Shown here piece by piece: positions 25,796 to 38,510 of a DNA stretch of 64,000 nucleotides. The position numbers and the translations under genes are program-made. Source of the stretch: Lama glama. Its lineage: Eukaryota. The first letter of the stretch is position 1. Every line of letters starts with the position of its first letter. The stretch covers positions 70,000,001 to 70,064,000 of the forward strand of contig CM052816.1 in assembly GCA_028534125.1 (NCBI GenBank). The letters are read 5' to 3'. Under the pieces are notes generated by a model that worked only from the letters and a program-made list of their open reading frames with translations, was not told where the DNA came from and made no database searches.

Positions 25796-26469
25796 CTGCA
25801 GTGCAAGACTTTAAGTTAAAAAATGATCCATGCAATGAGAAAAGAGAAGCAGACAAATCTTACATAAGCCAGCTACTTTAACAATATCTGTCTTACAAAA
25901 TGAAAAGAATAGAAAGAAAGAGAAGAGGACACAAAAATCCTTTTTCTCCCCCAATTAGTTCTGTCTGCTGAGTTTTTGGCAGACTCTCACTTGACAGCTC
26001 ACAACAGGCTGTACTTTATGTCAGTCTATAGGCTCTCTGTCATAGAAAGGCTGCCAGTTACAAGAACTGTACTGCTCTCTATGAGCGTACAGTGGCTAGT
26101 TTGTCACTACAAGGAAGAAAAATACAAAGCTATATCAACTCTTCTGGAATGCTGATTCCTAAATGATGGCATCAGAAAGGAAAAGAAAAATCTCATTTTC
26201 TTAAGGGACTAAAGCAAAAGTGGCAGAATTCAATTGTATAAGGCTAACAAAAAGTTTCTCCTCTCTAATTTCAAAACAAAAGTATTTACACAGGAATGAA
26301 TAGTATGCTCATTTTAACTAATGTTATTGATTTAGTTCTGTATCCCATTCACAGAATTGAAGAAAGTCTGAATTGCATTTTGTTAAGGGAGAAGAAAGGA
26401 GATTTTTTCCTAAAGCTGTTTGCTTCTGAATGAAAAAGAAAATAAGGGACAAAATAGTATGCAAAATAA

Positions 26470-27518
26470 TATGGATACAGAAAGTTGTGGAAGGTTTGTG
26501 GAGGAACCCAGAGGCATCTCAGAGAAATATTAAATTAACTACGGTTATTTGTTATGTTAAGTGTAATCAGTCGTAATTCTGGTGATTGCGACCAAGTTTC
26601 TTCATCGATTACATTGAAATCAGTTGTTAACTGTGCCTTTTTAAGTCTTTTGTTATTTATAGACAGTTATTATTGTATTCTGGTGCTGTTGCAAAAATGT
26701 TTCATCTTCAAGAAGATTCATAAGAAAGCTATGGAAGCAGTTACAATGGTTCCACATCAAGATGACAGCTATCTGAGGATTCCAGCCCATACTTGCCATC
26801 TCATTCGAAACAAGAAGCTGTCCTGCCCCTGGAACCCCTAAATAAGGCATCCAGAGATTTTTCACTCCCTGACAGGCAGGGTCTACGCCCCTACTCAGCC
26901 CTGAAGTAGCTACAGAAGACTGACTGTCGCCCCTCTGCACCCACATAAGATTATGGGAGTAAAATCTCTGATGGGGAATGAAGTGGGATGAAAGGGAGCA
27001 GGGCACAGCCACTGAAGGAATGACACAGCAACTGAGGACAGGACAAACTGGTTAGAATCAAGATGGTGGACGATTCGCATTCCAGTAGATCTTGAGCCTC
27101 ATGGCACACCCACAGGTTCCATGACAGTTCCTAGGCTAACCATAAAAGGTCAAGAAGTAGGGGAGGGGTGTTTCTTGGAAATCCTCTGCCCAAAGTAGTT
27201 GGAATAACCCTCCTACTCATTAGCATATAAGATTACCGAGCCCATAAAACCTAACAACGCGGCACCTCATAGCTGTTCTCTCTCTTGCCTTCTGAGATGG
27301 CCTGCACTGTCTATAGAGTGTGTATCTACTTTTACTTTAAACTAAACCCCCACACCTCTCAGCTTCTCTTCCTCTCACCTTTCTGAGATGGCCTACATTC
27401 TGCCTATGGAGTGTGTATCTTCTAAGCCGTTATCCCTTCTGATTGAGACAGACCCCACTCTCTGTTAAGTGTTTATCTCTCTAAATAAACTTGTTTTCAC
27501 TTTACCAAAAAAAAAAAA
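26470..27518 (+). mobile_element. ERV1 (MER4-group-like) internal fragment + PPT + U3-R LTR ending in poly(A): probable processed ERV retrocopy
   Basis: Internal-like sequence, PPT-like gatggggaa, then TG at 26979. TATA-like cataaaa at ~27243, AATAAA at 27484-27489, A12 at 27507-27518; no U5 or terminal CA. Confidence 0.75.
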
Positions 27519-27719
27519 TTACTAAGCAATATATAAAACCTAGAACGCATAAAGGAAAAATGACAGAAGCTATTACATTAAAACTTCTAAACCAAATATA
27601 TTATAAATGAAGAATAAGACAGATAATAAGAAATATTTACAACACAAAACAGGAAAGGATCAATACCCAAAATAGGTATGAAAGCTCCTACTAATCACTA
27701 TGTAAGAATAATGAGTTTC

Positions 27720-28135
27720 AAAAGAGGGAATCAAACAACAAAAAACCAAACAACCTAACTACACATGGAAAAAGGATTTGAATCGACATTGATCCAAAGA
27801 TCTACAAATAACCAATAAGCACATGAGGAGATGCTCAACATCACTAGTTATTAGGGAAATGCAAATCAAAACCACAATGAGATACCACTTCATAACCACT
27901 AGGATGATTATGAAAAAATAAGTGTTGGTGCAATATGGAGAAATTGGAGCACTTGTGCATTGCTGGTGGGAATGTAAAATCATGTGGTTGCTGTGGAAAA
28001 CAGTATGGCAGTTCCTAAAAAAATTAAAAACAGAATTAACATATGACCAGCAATTCTGCTTATGGGTATATAGCCAAAATAATTGAAAAGCAGGGCCTCA
28101 AATAGATACTTGTACGTCAACGTTCACAGCAGCAA
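27720..28135 (+). mobile_element. L1 ORF2-end / 3' UTR fragment
   Basis: aagcacatgaggagatgctcaacatcactagttattagggaaatgcaaatcaaaaccacaatgagataccac. Confidence 0.88.
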
Positions 28136-28804
28136 CAGAAAAAGCAAAAATTGTCAAAATACTAACAATCTTATTTTATTAGACCATGTATCATAATGCT
28201 AGGAAGTTAAGTGTACGTGTAGGAATGATTACTATATAATGATTAGTAAATAAATGGTAATTTTATTTTGCTATTTAGTACCCATTTTTGAGAAACTTAA
28301 AAATGTTATTGGCCTCCTGAGCTTGCTTTCTGTCCACCCATTTGTTTTGTTAACTGGCCTGTTCACATTTCCAGGTTTCTTAAGTGCCAACCTTAATTCT
28401 GAGCCCAAAGGACAAACTATGAAGGCTGTGACTGTTATTATCAATTATCATTATTAAAGTGTATAATCTATTTAGTTTTTCTGTATAAGGTTCCTGTAAG
28501 AAAATAAGATATCCTGGAAATAGATAAAAAGAGATCTGATTTCTAATTCTCGTTTTACTAGTTTATTGTGTGTCTATGAGCAAATCACCTAATCTCTCCA
28601 CATCTCAATTTCACTTTTGTAAATTTGTAAAATGAGGGCTTGTTGCTCTAGTTTTTTCTAGTGATGAATCTATGTGACTCTAATAGGTGGAGCTGATTAT
28701 AGTTCAAATTTAATCATCCCCTATGAAAACACTACGTAGTAACTACTCAGCTCATAACATGTTTTTCGTTAAGTTTAAGGAATTAGAACTTTCAAAAGCA
28801 TATC

Positions 28805-30020
28805 GGCCACATTTGTTTATCCATTCATCTAATGATAACCATTTGGGCTGTTTCTGCTAAGAACATACATGTGGAGGTTTTAGTGGGGAGATAAGTTTGT
28901 AACTCTCTGGGTAAATACTTAGGAACACAATTGATGGACTGTATGTTAAGACTATGCCTAACTTTTTAAGAAACCATCAAACTGTCTTCCAAAGTGGCTG
29001 TACCATTTTGCATTCCTACCGGCAATAAATGAGTCTTCCGGTTCTCTTCATTCTCAGCAATGTTCGGTGTGGTCAGTTTCTTAGATTTTTACCTATTTTG
29101 ATAGGTGTGTAGTGGCATCTCACTGTTGTTTTAATTTTCAGTTCCCTAATAACGTATGATGTTGAGGTACCTTTTTATATGCTTATTTACCCCTACATAT
29201 CTTCTCTGGTGAGGTGTCTCTTGCCTATTTTTTAAATTGAATTTTGTTTTCTTACTGTTGAAATTTTAAGACTTCTTTGTATATTATAGATAAAAGTCCT
29301 TTATCGTATACGTGTTCTGCAAATCTTTTCTCCCACTCTGTGCTTGTCTTCTCATTTTCTTAAAGTGTCTTTCACAGAGCAGAAGCTTTTAACTTTAATG
29401 AAGTACTTTCCCTATAATGGATGATGCTTTTTATGTTGTATCTAAAAACTCAGCACCAAACCAAGGTACCTAAATTTTCTCTTATGTTCTAGAAGTTAGA
29501 TAGTTTTGCTCTTTACATTTAAATCTTTGATCTACGTTGAGGAGTTAATTTTTGTAAAAAGTGTAAGGTAGTGTGTAGATTCTTTTTTTTTTTTTTTCGG
29601 CATGTGCTTATGTTCCTGTTCCACTTATTAAAAAGATTATCTTTTTTCTATTTGATTGTCTTTGCTCCTTCCTCAAATATCAGTCACCTATATTTCAGGA
29701 GTCTTATTTCTGAGCTATCAATCCTATCCACTGATCTATTTGTCTATTCTTTTGCCAGTTCCATACTGTCTTGATTAATGTATCTGTGTACCAAATCTTG
29801 AAGTCAGTGTCAGTCCTCTGAATTTGTTACTCTTCTTAACTATTATATTGAATATTTTAGGTCTTTTGCCTTTTGATATAGAATCAGTTTCTGGATATCC
29901 ACAAAGTAGCTTGCTGAGGTTTTGAGTGGGACTATGCTATCTATGTATATTTATTAGGATCATCTTTGATTTCCTTCACCAGAGTTTTGTAGTTTTCCTC
30001 ACATACATCTTGCAAGTATT
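28805..30020 (-). mobile_element. Old L1 (L1MC-like) ORF2 end / 3' UTR
   Basis: caaactgtcttccaaagtggctgtaccattttgcattcc; cacagagcagaagcttttaactttaatgaagt. Confidence 0.85.
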
Positions 30021-30189
30021 GTTTCTGATACTTCAAAACACACTCTTCAAAAAGCCTTAATGGTTAAAAGATAAAAATAAACTATGTGCACTGGAAAATA
30101 GTATCTGAATAAAAAGCATATTACTGACTCCAAGTACTAACACTATTCTCCCTTTGAAGCAAATTAACTTTATCAACTAAGAATGTCAT

Positions 30190-30693
30190 TGCAGCAGTTT
30201 GATAACATGGCTCCAAATTTCTTTGACACTCCTCCCTCCCATCAAAGCTGGAGGTCTATGTTCCTTATTGCTAGAATCTAAGCCTTATTACTCCTTGATC
30301 AATATAATACAGAAATGAGGCTATGTGTGTTTCAAAGCTCAGGCTTTACAAACTGCCAGTTTCCATTTTGTGTCTCTTAGAACATTGTTTCTTGGGATAT
30401 TCACTCTTGGAACCCAGTGGCCATATTGTGAGGAAGTCCAATCTGCCCCATAAAGACCCATGCAACAAGGAATCAATAGCAAATACCACTTTGCTAGCCA
30501 TGTGAGTGATATATTAGACATGGATCCTCTAGCTCAAGTTGAGCCATCCCAGCAGACATCACATAAAGGAGAGATAAGCTTCCCTGCCAAAACCTGACCA
30601 CACTGCAGATTTATGAGTAAAACAAATGACTGCTGTTGTTTTAAGCAATTGAGTATTGGGGTAGTTTGTGCTCAACTATAGATAACAAAAACA
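30190..30693 (+). mobile_element. MaLR solo LTR (MLT1F/G-like)
   Basis: caaatttctttgacactcctccc...gccatattgtgaggaagtcca...ctgcagatttatgagtaaaacaaatgactgctgttgttttaagc...agataacaaaaca. Confidence 0.82.
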
Positions 30694-31779
30694 TCCCTAA
30701 AAATAACTGAATATGGTTTACAAACATTAAAATTGAACCAATAACTTACAGGGACCAGAAATAATCTACTGGACTTCTAGACAAAGTAAAATCCCTAATC
30801 TTATAGACATCATTAAAAAATCAATTAATCCTCAACCTTTTGATTAAAGCCAATTATGTTTGTTGTCAATTTACTACAAAATTGAATTAACCCAAATTCA
30901 CATTAAATCAAAAAGTGTTTCATTCCAAACTAAAATATTTAAGGAAATATTACTATGAGTTCTAACTGAAATAATAACATAATAATATATCCATATACTT
31001 TATGCCACAATAATTATCTCACACTTAAAGTATGTTGATATTTGGGTCAATCACCTTCAAGCTGATGATCTTGAAGCTTTTCAAGATCTTGAATTTTCTC
31101 AATAGAGAAAATTTAAACTCTCTTCATCATACGGTACTCGTTGGACAGAAACAAGAAAGAACTAATTGTTAATGGGAAAAATAGAGGTCAAGAGACCATT
31201 TTAGTATTCTGGGAAGATATATGGGGTAAAAGAGAAGACAAAGGTCCTACAAATGCTTTGGTTAAATTCAGTGGAAATAACAGTGGAGATACTTTACAAT
31301 CTATTCATAAAACAAGTTATTTAATTTTAATTCAGATTTAGTGCAATAATATCTAATCTTTACCTACAGTACTTAAAACTATCTTAAAATGTTCACCCAA
31401 TCAAGTCAGTAAAAATCATAATATTCTGCTCACAGGTATTTTTCCCATTCTTCTGAACCAGGTAGAATTTGTTGCAGGAACTAAGAGCAGTTGTGCCTCT
31501 GGACACAACTCAAGCCAAAACCTTAAACTAATCCTTTGAGAGTCATCCAACAGACTAAGGAAAGATTTGTGCAAGAGGGACAAGGGTAATTATGCTCACA
31601 TACCAGACTTTGGAATGGAATTGAAGAGTAATAAGGAGGAGAATGTGGGCAAGGTTTCAAAGGGTGGTAACAAAAAAAATTGGAGGGCATGATGGAAACT
31701 ATAAAGGAGAAAGAAATACACCCAAGTTTATACCAACAGGAAATCAAAATAAACATACATAAGGCTAAAATAAAGAGAA

Positions 31780-33130
31780 TAAGAAATATATATGTCATGA
31801 TGATGATAGTAATTATATTACAAAACACATCAAAGATATGAAAAGTTCATATTTAGGGAAGTCAAATCATTAAGCTATACTGGACACTAAAGAATAACTC
31901 TATTGGTTTAGAATGCCTTAAAGGAAGGAATTGAGTTGCTATACTTTGGCATGTTTTGTAAATAACTGGAAGCAAATTTACCATAAAGATGCCAATTATT
32001 AATCTACAAATTAAATATAATAATAATTAAAATTCTAACAGAATTTTTATAAAATTAGATAATTCTTATCAGGAAGAAAAGAATTCACAAGAAATAACCA
32101 AGAAAATTTTGAAAAACAATTACAGGGATACCTTGGAGATATTGCAGGCTCAGTTTCAGACTATTACAATTAAGCAAATAAAGCAATAAAGCAAGTCACA
32201 ATTTTTTGGTTTCCTGGGGCATATAACAGTTCTATGTACACAATTCTGTAGCTTATTAAGTATGCAATAGCACTATATCTAAAAAATAAAAAGGATATAC
32301 CTTAATTTTAATATACTTTATTGCTAAAAAATGTTAACCATCATTTGAGCCTTCAGCAAGTCATATTCTTTTTGCAATAGTAGCATTAGGGATCACAGTA
32401 ATAAATGTAATGATAATGAAAGAGTTTGAAATATTGGAAAAATCACCAAAATGCGACAGAGACACAGTGAGCAAATGCTGTTGGAAAAACGGTGCTTACA
32501 GACATGCTCAACACAAGGCTGCCACAAAGCTTCAATTTATAAAAAGTGCAGTATCTGCAAAGTGAAATAAAGTGAAGCACAATAAAATGAGGCATGCTTG
32601 CATAAGGCAGGATTTGTCTTGTCAATTAATATGGTACAGTAATTAAAATATCATGGTATAAGCATGAGCACAAGCATATAGATCAAATAAATAGCTCAGA
32701 TCAGAGTACAAAAACAAATTATGTAGATCTATAAACGTATTATATAATAAAAGTGCAATTTTAAATCAGTGGTGCAAAACTAGAATATTCGATAAATGAT
32801 ACTGAGACAACTGGCTATCCTTTCATGGAAGAAAAATGTTTAAATTCTCTTATAAAATAGTTACATCATATACCAAGATATTCCAGATGCATTAATAACA
32901 CACACACACACATACTGTGTTGTATGTGTAAGTTACTGGGATAAAACATAAAAGAGTTTTTTTTAATCAAGATACTATACCCACAAACTGAAAGAAAAAT
33001 AACTTCTGAACAACAGAAGGCACTACAAACTAAATTAAAATAAAGGACATATCAGAGATAATAAGCATAACACACATGGTAGATAGAAGACTAATTATCT
33101 AGTATATATAAAGGATTCTTAGAAACCAAG
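31780..33130 (+). mobile_element. Ancient L1 ORF2 remnant split by Tigger1
   Basis: aatctacaaattaaatataat..., aaataaccaagaaaattttgaaaa [Tigger] ggatttgtcttgtca...gtaattaaaatatcatggtata, taaatgatactgagacaactggctatcc. Confidence 0.65.
32123..32600 (+). mobile_element. Tigger1-derived internally deleted DNA transposon (TcMar-Tigger)
   Basis: TA then cagggataccttggagatattgcagg...aagtgaagcacaataaaatgaggcatgcttg; degenerate TIRs. Confidence 0.88.
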
Positions 33131-33149
33131 ACAAAAACCACCCAAAAAA

Positions 33150-35590
33150 AGGGAAGAGTAAAGCATAGGATACGAACATAGTAGACATTAATATCAACTA
33201 TGTTGATAATTACTTTAAATAAGAATGGTCTAAATACAGTAATTGGAAGAGAAAATTTGTCAAAGTGAATGAAAAAAACCAGGACCCAACTATATGCTTC
33301 CTGAAAGAAAACCGATTTTAAATATAAAGACACAGACAGATTAAAAGTAAAGAGATGGAGAAAGATATACCAGGCTAACAGCAATCAAATCTTACTGCAG
33401 TAGCTATATTAATCTTAAAGCAAATTTCAGAACAAGGAAAATTATCAGGAATAAAGAGTATTATTTCATCATAAAGGGGTCAATTCTCCAGGAAGACATT
33501 AAGAATCCTGAAGGTGGATTCTTGACAAGAGCATGTCAAAATATGTGAGGCAAAAACTGAAAGAACTGCAAGAAGAAACAAAGAAATCCATTAGTATAGT
33601 TGTAGACTTCAATACTCTCTTAGTAATTGACAAAGCCACTAGGCAGAATATTAGTAAGGTTACAGCTGAATTGAACAGCCCCATCAATCAACTGGATTTA
33701 ACTGACATCTACGGAATGCTTCATCCAACAATAGCAGAATATACATTCTTAGGTTCACGTGGAACATTTACCAAGACAGACCAAGACCACATTCCGGGCC
33801 ATAAAACATACCTTGAAAAATGTTTCAAAAAATCATACTATGTATGCTCTCAGTCAACAATGAAATTAAGCTAGAAATCAGTAACAAAAAATTGGGAAAC
33901 CCATAATTACAGTTGACTCTTGAACAATATGGGTTTGAACTATGCAGGTCTACATATACGTGGATTTTTTTCAATGAATACATATATGTACTATTAATGT
34001 ATTTTCTCTCCCTTATGATTTCCTTAATAACATTTTCTTTTCTCTAGCTTACTTTATTGTAAGAATACAGTCTACAATATATGCAACATACAAAATATCT
34101 GTTAATTGAACGTTTATATTATCAGCAAGGCTTCTGGTTAACAGTAGACTATTTGTAATTAAGTTTGAAGAGAGTCAAAGTTATATGTGAGTTTTCAAAC
34201 CCATGGGGTGTCAGCCCCCTAACCCCCATGTTGTTCAAGGGTCAATTGTATTTGGATTTGGTAATTAAACAACATACTTCTAAATAATTTATGGGTAAAA
34301 GAGGAATTCTCAAGAGAAATTCTGAAATATTTTGAACTAATGGAAAATACATTTCATGAATGGGTAAAAACTCTCATCAAACTAAGAATAGAGAGTAACT
34401 TCCACAACTGGATAAAAATATATACACATAAAATCTACAACTAACATAATGATGAGTAACTAGACAATTCTCCTAAGACTGGGAAAAAAGCAACGGTATC
34501 TCCTCTTGCTATCTCTGCTAATTCAACAGGACAAGAAAATGAAATGAAAAGTAAGCATATTGGGAAGGAAGATATAAAAATTGCAGATGACATCGTTGGC
34601 TATATAGAAAAATCCCAAAGAATGGAAAAATACCTCCTGGAACCAATATGTAATTAAAAAACAACAATTTGCAGGATATAATATTAATATACAAAAGTCA
34701 ATTGCTTTCTACATAACCAGCAAAAAAAAAACCCTTAGAATTTGATATTAAAAACACTATCATTTACATTAGCACCAAAAAATAAAGAAGACTTAGGGAT
34801 AAGTCCAACAAAACATCTACAAGAAGAATATGAAGAGAAAAGCCTAGGTGATCTTTGTTTGGTGCTGAGTTTTCAAATACACGAAAAGCACAATCTGTGA
34901 AAGAAAAAAATTGCTAAGTTGTACTTCATTAAAATTAAAAGCTTCTGCTCTATGAAAGACATTTTAAGAGAATGAAAAGACAAGAACAGAATGGGAGAAA
35001 AGATTTGCAAAATACATATCTGATAAAGAACTTTTATCTACAATATACAAGGAATTCTTAAAATTCCAACAATAAGAAAACCATCCAACTAAACAGTGGA
35101 CAGAAGATCTGTACAGACAACTCACCAAAGAAAGTATACAGATGGCAAATAAGCAAACAAAAAGGTACCTCAACATCTTATGTCATTAGGGAATTGAAAA
35201 TTAAAACAACAATGAGATCCTACTACATATCTATTAGAATGGCTAATACCCAAAAAACTGACAACACCAAATACTGACAAGCATGTGGAGCAAGAAGTAG
35301 TCTCATTCATGCAGGTTGGAATGCAAAATGGTACAGCCACTTTAGAAGACAGTATGGCAGATTTGTACAAAGCTAAACAAAGTCTCAACATACAATCCAG
35401 CAACTATGCTACTAGGATTTACCCAACTGAACTAAAATCATATGTCCATACAAACATCTGCATAAGAATGTTTATCACAGCTTTATTCATAATTGCCAAA
35501 AAATGGAAGCAACCAAGATGTCCTTCAATAGGAAAACTGATAAACTGTGGTAGAGCCATACAATGGAATGTAATTTAGTGGAAAAAAAGA
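33150..35590 (+). mobile_element. Old L1 (L1MC-like) ORF2 pieces with internal deletions
   Basis: ORF 33533-33874 is endonuclease-like (IVVDFNTLL...LDLTDIY...HPTIAEYTF..SRGTFTK..HI.GHK); ORF 35285-35578 is ORF2 C-terminus-like (MFITALFIIAKKWKQPRCPS). Confidence 0.88.
33910..34248 (+). mobile_element. Tigger2a/MER8-like MITE
   Basis: TA|cagttgactcttgaacaa...ttgttcaagggtcaattg|TA: terminal inverted repeats and TA target duplication. Confidence 0.92.
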
Positions 35591-35594
35591 AATG

Positions 35595-36545
35595 GGCTGG
35601 AGAAAATATTTGCAAATCACTTATTGAAAAGGTATTAATACATACAATATATAGAGAACTACTTAATTAAAGAATGAACAAAGGACTTGAATAGACATGT
35701 CTCCGTAGGAGATATACAAATGGTTGACAAGCACATGAAAAGATCTTCAACATCACTAATTATCAGAGAAAAGCAAAACAAAACCAACAGATTCATATCA
35801 AACTCATTAGGATGGCAAAGGGAGGAAGGGAAGAAGGAAAGAAGGGAAGAAGGAGAAAGTGTTGGCGAGGATGTGGAGAAATTGAAACCACTAGTTAGAA
35901 CGTAAAATGGTATAGGTATTATGCAAAACAGTGTGACAATTCCTCAAAAAAATTAAAAGCAGAATTACCATACAATCCAGCAATTCTATTTCTGGCTATG
36001 CATCCAAAATGACTGAAAGCAGGGACTCACCTAGGTATTTTTTCACCAATGTTTATAGCAGCATTATTCATAGTAGCCAAAAGGCAGAAGAAAATCAAGT
36101 GTCCACTGGAGGATGAATGGATTAAGAGTAATGTGGTATATATGAACAAAGAAATTTAACTCAGCCTTAGAAAGCAAAAAGAAAGAAAATTCTGACACAT
36201 GCTCACATGCTCCAACAGGAATGAACCCTGAAGAAATGCTAAATGAAAATAAACCAGTCAGAGAAGACCAAACAGTGCATGATTCCCATCATATGAAGTA
36301 CCCAGAGTAGTCAAATTTACAGACAGAAAATAGAATAGTGGCTGCCAACGGCTAGAGAGTAAGAATAATGAAGAGTTATTGTTTAACAAGTACAGTTTCT
36401 GTTTTGGAAGATGAAAAAAGTTCTGGCGCTATATGGTAGTGATGGTTTCACAACAACATGAATGTACTTAATGTCACTGAACCACACTTTCAAAGAGTTC
36501 AAATGGTAAATTTTGTGTTATATGTATTCTATATTTTTTAAAAAA
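35595..36545 (+). mobile_element. L1 (L1MB-like) 3' end
   Basis: aagcacatgaaaagatcttcaacatcac...catgaatgtacttaatgtcactgaacc...aaatggtaaattttgtgttatatgtatt. Confidence 0.88.
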
Positions 36546-37241
36546 TATGCCTTGTGAAGAAACTGCTGAACCCTACTTTACACCACCAATAAAGAGACAC
36601 ATAAGCACAAAAATTTGTCAAAAGTTGAAGATATATAGCTTTGCCTAGGGAAAGCCTCTTCATGTATGCATGCACAATACTCTCTTTATATTAATCACTC
36701 ATGTCTTCACAAATTTTTAGAAGGCAAAATTGAAGTCACTGAACTTCAATAAGATTATTCATTTGTACTGTCTCACGCAGTTTTTCCAAACTTATACACT
36801 TTAAAAAACTTCGAGTGCTTGTCTATGGAATACAAAATAAGTAATACTCTGTTCCATACTTAATACCAAATACCACCTTTGTGATTTTTCATACCATTGC
36901 ACTGACACCATTATTTTCAACATGTTTTGCATAAAAATAGTTGATAATTTTGAATCATTTCATAATAGATTTATGATACAAATACATAACAGCAAATATT
37001 TTAAACTGTATTTATGAAAATTAAATGGACAAAATACAAGGAAAAGCAAGTCCAGATGAACTAGTTAACTCCTCTAGTAAGATAAGTACTGAACACTTTC
37101 AGTTATTTACCTGGTTCACCTTTTAGCATCAAGATCCTTAATTCAATCACAATAGTATTACTTCAGAGGTACTTAGCATCCTCTGGGAAAAAAAAATTTA
37201 CTAATCAGCCATGCATAATTCTCTAAATTTTTCATAAGACT

Positions 37242-37526
37242 TGTATGTCACTCATTACAGCAGTGCATCAATATTCCAGTTCTCCTTCCAGGCATATGGT
37301 GAGAGTATGCTTCACCACCATCTGTGAAGTTGGTGTGGGCATGTGACTTACTTTAGCCAATGGAACATGAGTGGAACTGACGTTAGGCTGGGTCCCCAAG
37401 GGAGGACAAATGGAGTAGAGCTCTCAGCTGTCCCACAAGGGACAAGCAGCATGAACAAGAAATGAATCCTTGCTATTTTAAGCCACAGAAATTTTGGGGT
37501 TTAGTATCCTTATCCTGACTAATACA
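37242..37526 (+). mobile_element. MaLR LTR (MLT1I/J-like)
   Basis: catgtgacttactttagccaatggaacatgagtgg...ttttaagccacagaaattttgggg...cctgactaataca. Confidence 0.75.
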
Positions 37527-38329
37527 GCTTGATAAGAAATTCTCTATTCATTTACTTTTCTAAGGAATGCCATGTAAGAACTTAAGTTATATAATGTCTG
37601 TTTTACATTTCCTGTTTGAGGTTAGAAATGTTATAGATGGAGAGTTCATTATTTTCAAGTGGATCTAGATGTCACTTTAAAAAAAAACTACATTTTTGGT
37701 CTTTAAGGGCAACATAATTTATCTTCTTATGCCTCCAAAGCTTAGGAGGGGTCAAAAAGCCATTATATGATTGGCTTCACACCAGCTTTAATGCTACTAT
37801 TTCATCATGGACAGCTCAGTTAATTTTTTTTAAAAAAGGCTATGTATTGTATCTTCATTTATCTTCACTTTGAAGTATTCTAACTTGTTGCTTATTTGCA
37901 TCAATTTAAGAATGTTTTACTTTAAAACTTCTAACTGTCATAAATCCACTGGGTCTATATTTGAATCATAAATATATTTAAAATAAGTTTGATCACAGAA
38001 AATACGCTTGAATTATAAGACATGATAGTTGAACAGACTAGCATTCACCATCTAGCAATGTTACATGAAAGAGAAAGTCAGTTGGTAGGCATTGCTTACG
38101 CTTCAATTCAAAGATGAGCCTGTCCATCAGGAAATCTGGCCCTCTTGGACATACTATTGCTCAAAGGCAGATGATTATATGGTTAAGAATAATTACAAAT
38201 ACTCAGAAGAAAAAATCACTAACATTCATATTTATATTGATGCAATGTTTTAACTTCATGTAACAATGAGAATGAACAAAGAAACAATGAAAAAGAAATG
38301 TAGTCACTGCAGTTAGTTAAAGCCATGTT

Positions 38330-38510
38330 AAAATTTCAGATCTGCCACTTAAGAGGAATATGATCTTGAACAAATTACTTCACAACTTTGCACTTTAATT
38401 TCCTCATCTGAAAAAATAAGGATAAATAATACCTTACAGAATGACTGTCAGAATTAAATAAGATGTTAAATAACTGACATGCAGTATCTGGTGTACAGAG
38501 AACTAAATGT
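38330..38510 (+). mobile_element. MIR SINE remnant
   Basis: tctgccactt...tgatcttgaacaaattactt...ttcctcatctgaaaaaataaggataaataatacc. Confidence 0.75.

Noticed and set aside
33533..33874. 113-aa endonuclease-like ORF (and similar ORFs at 42633, 44603, 44970)
   Set aside because: Fragments of decayed L1 ORF2 broken by stops and frameshifts; no sign of domestication.
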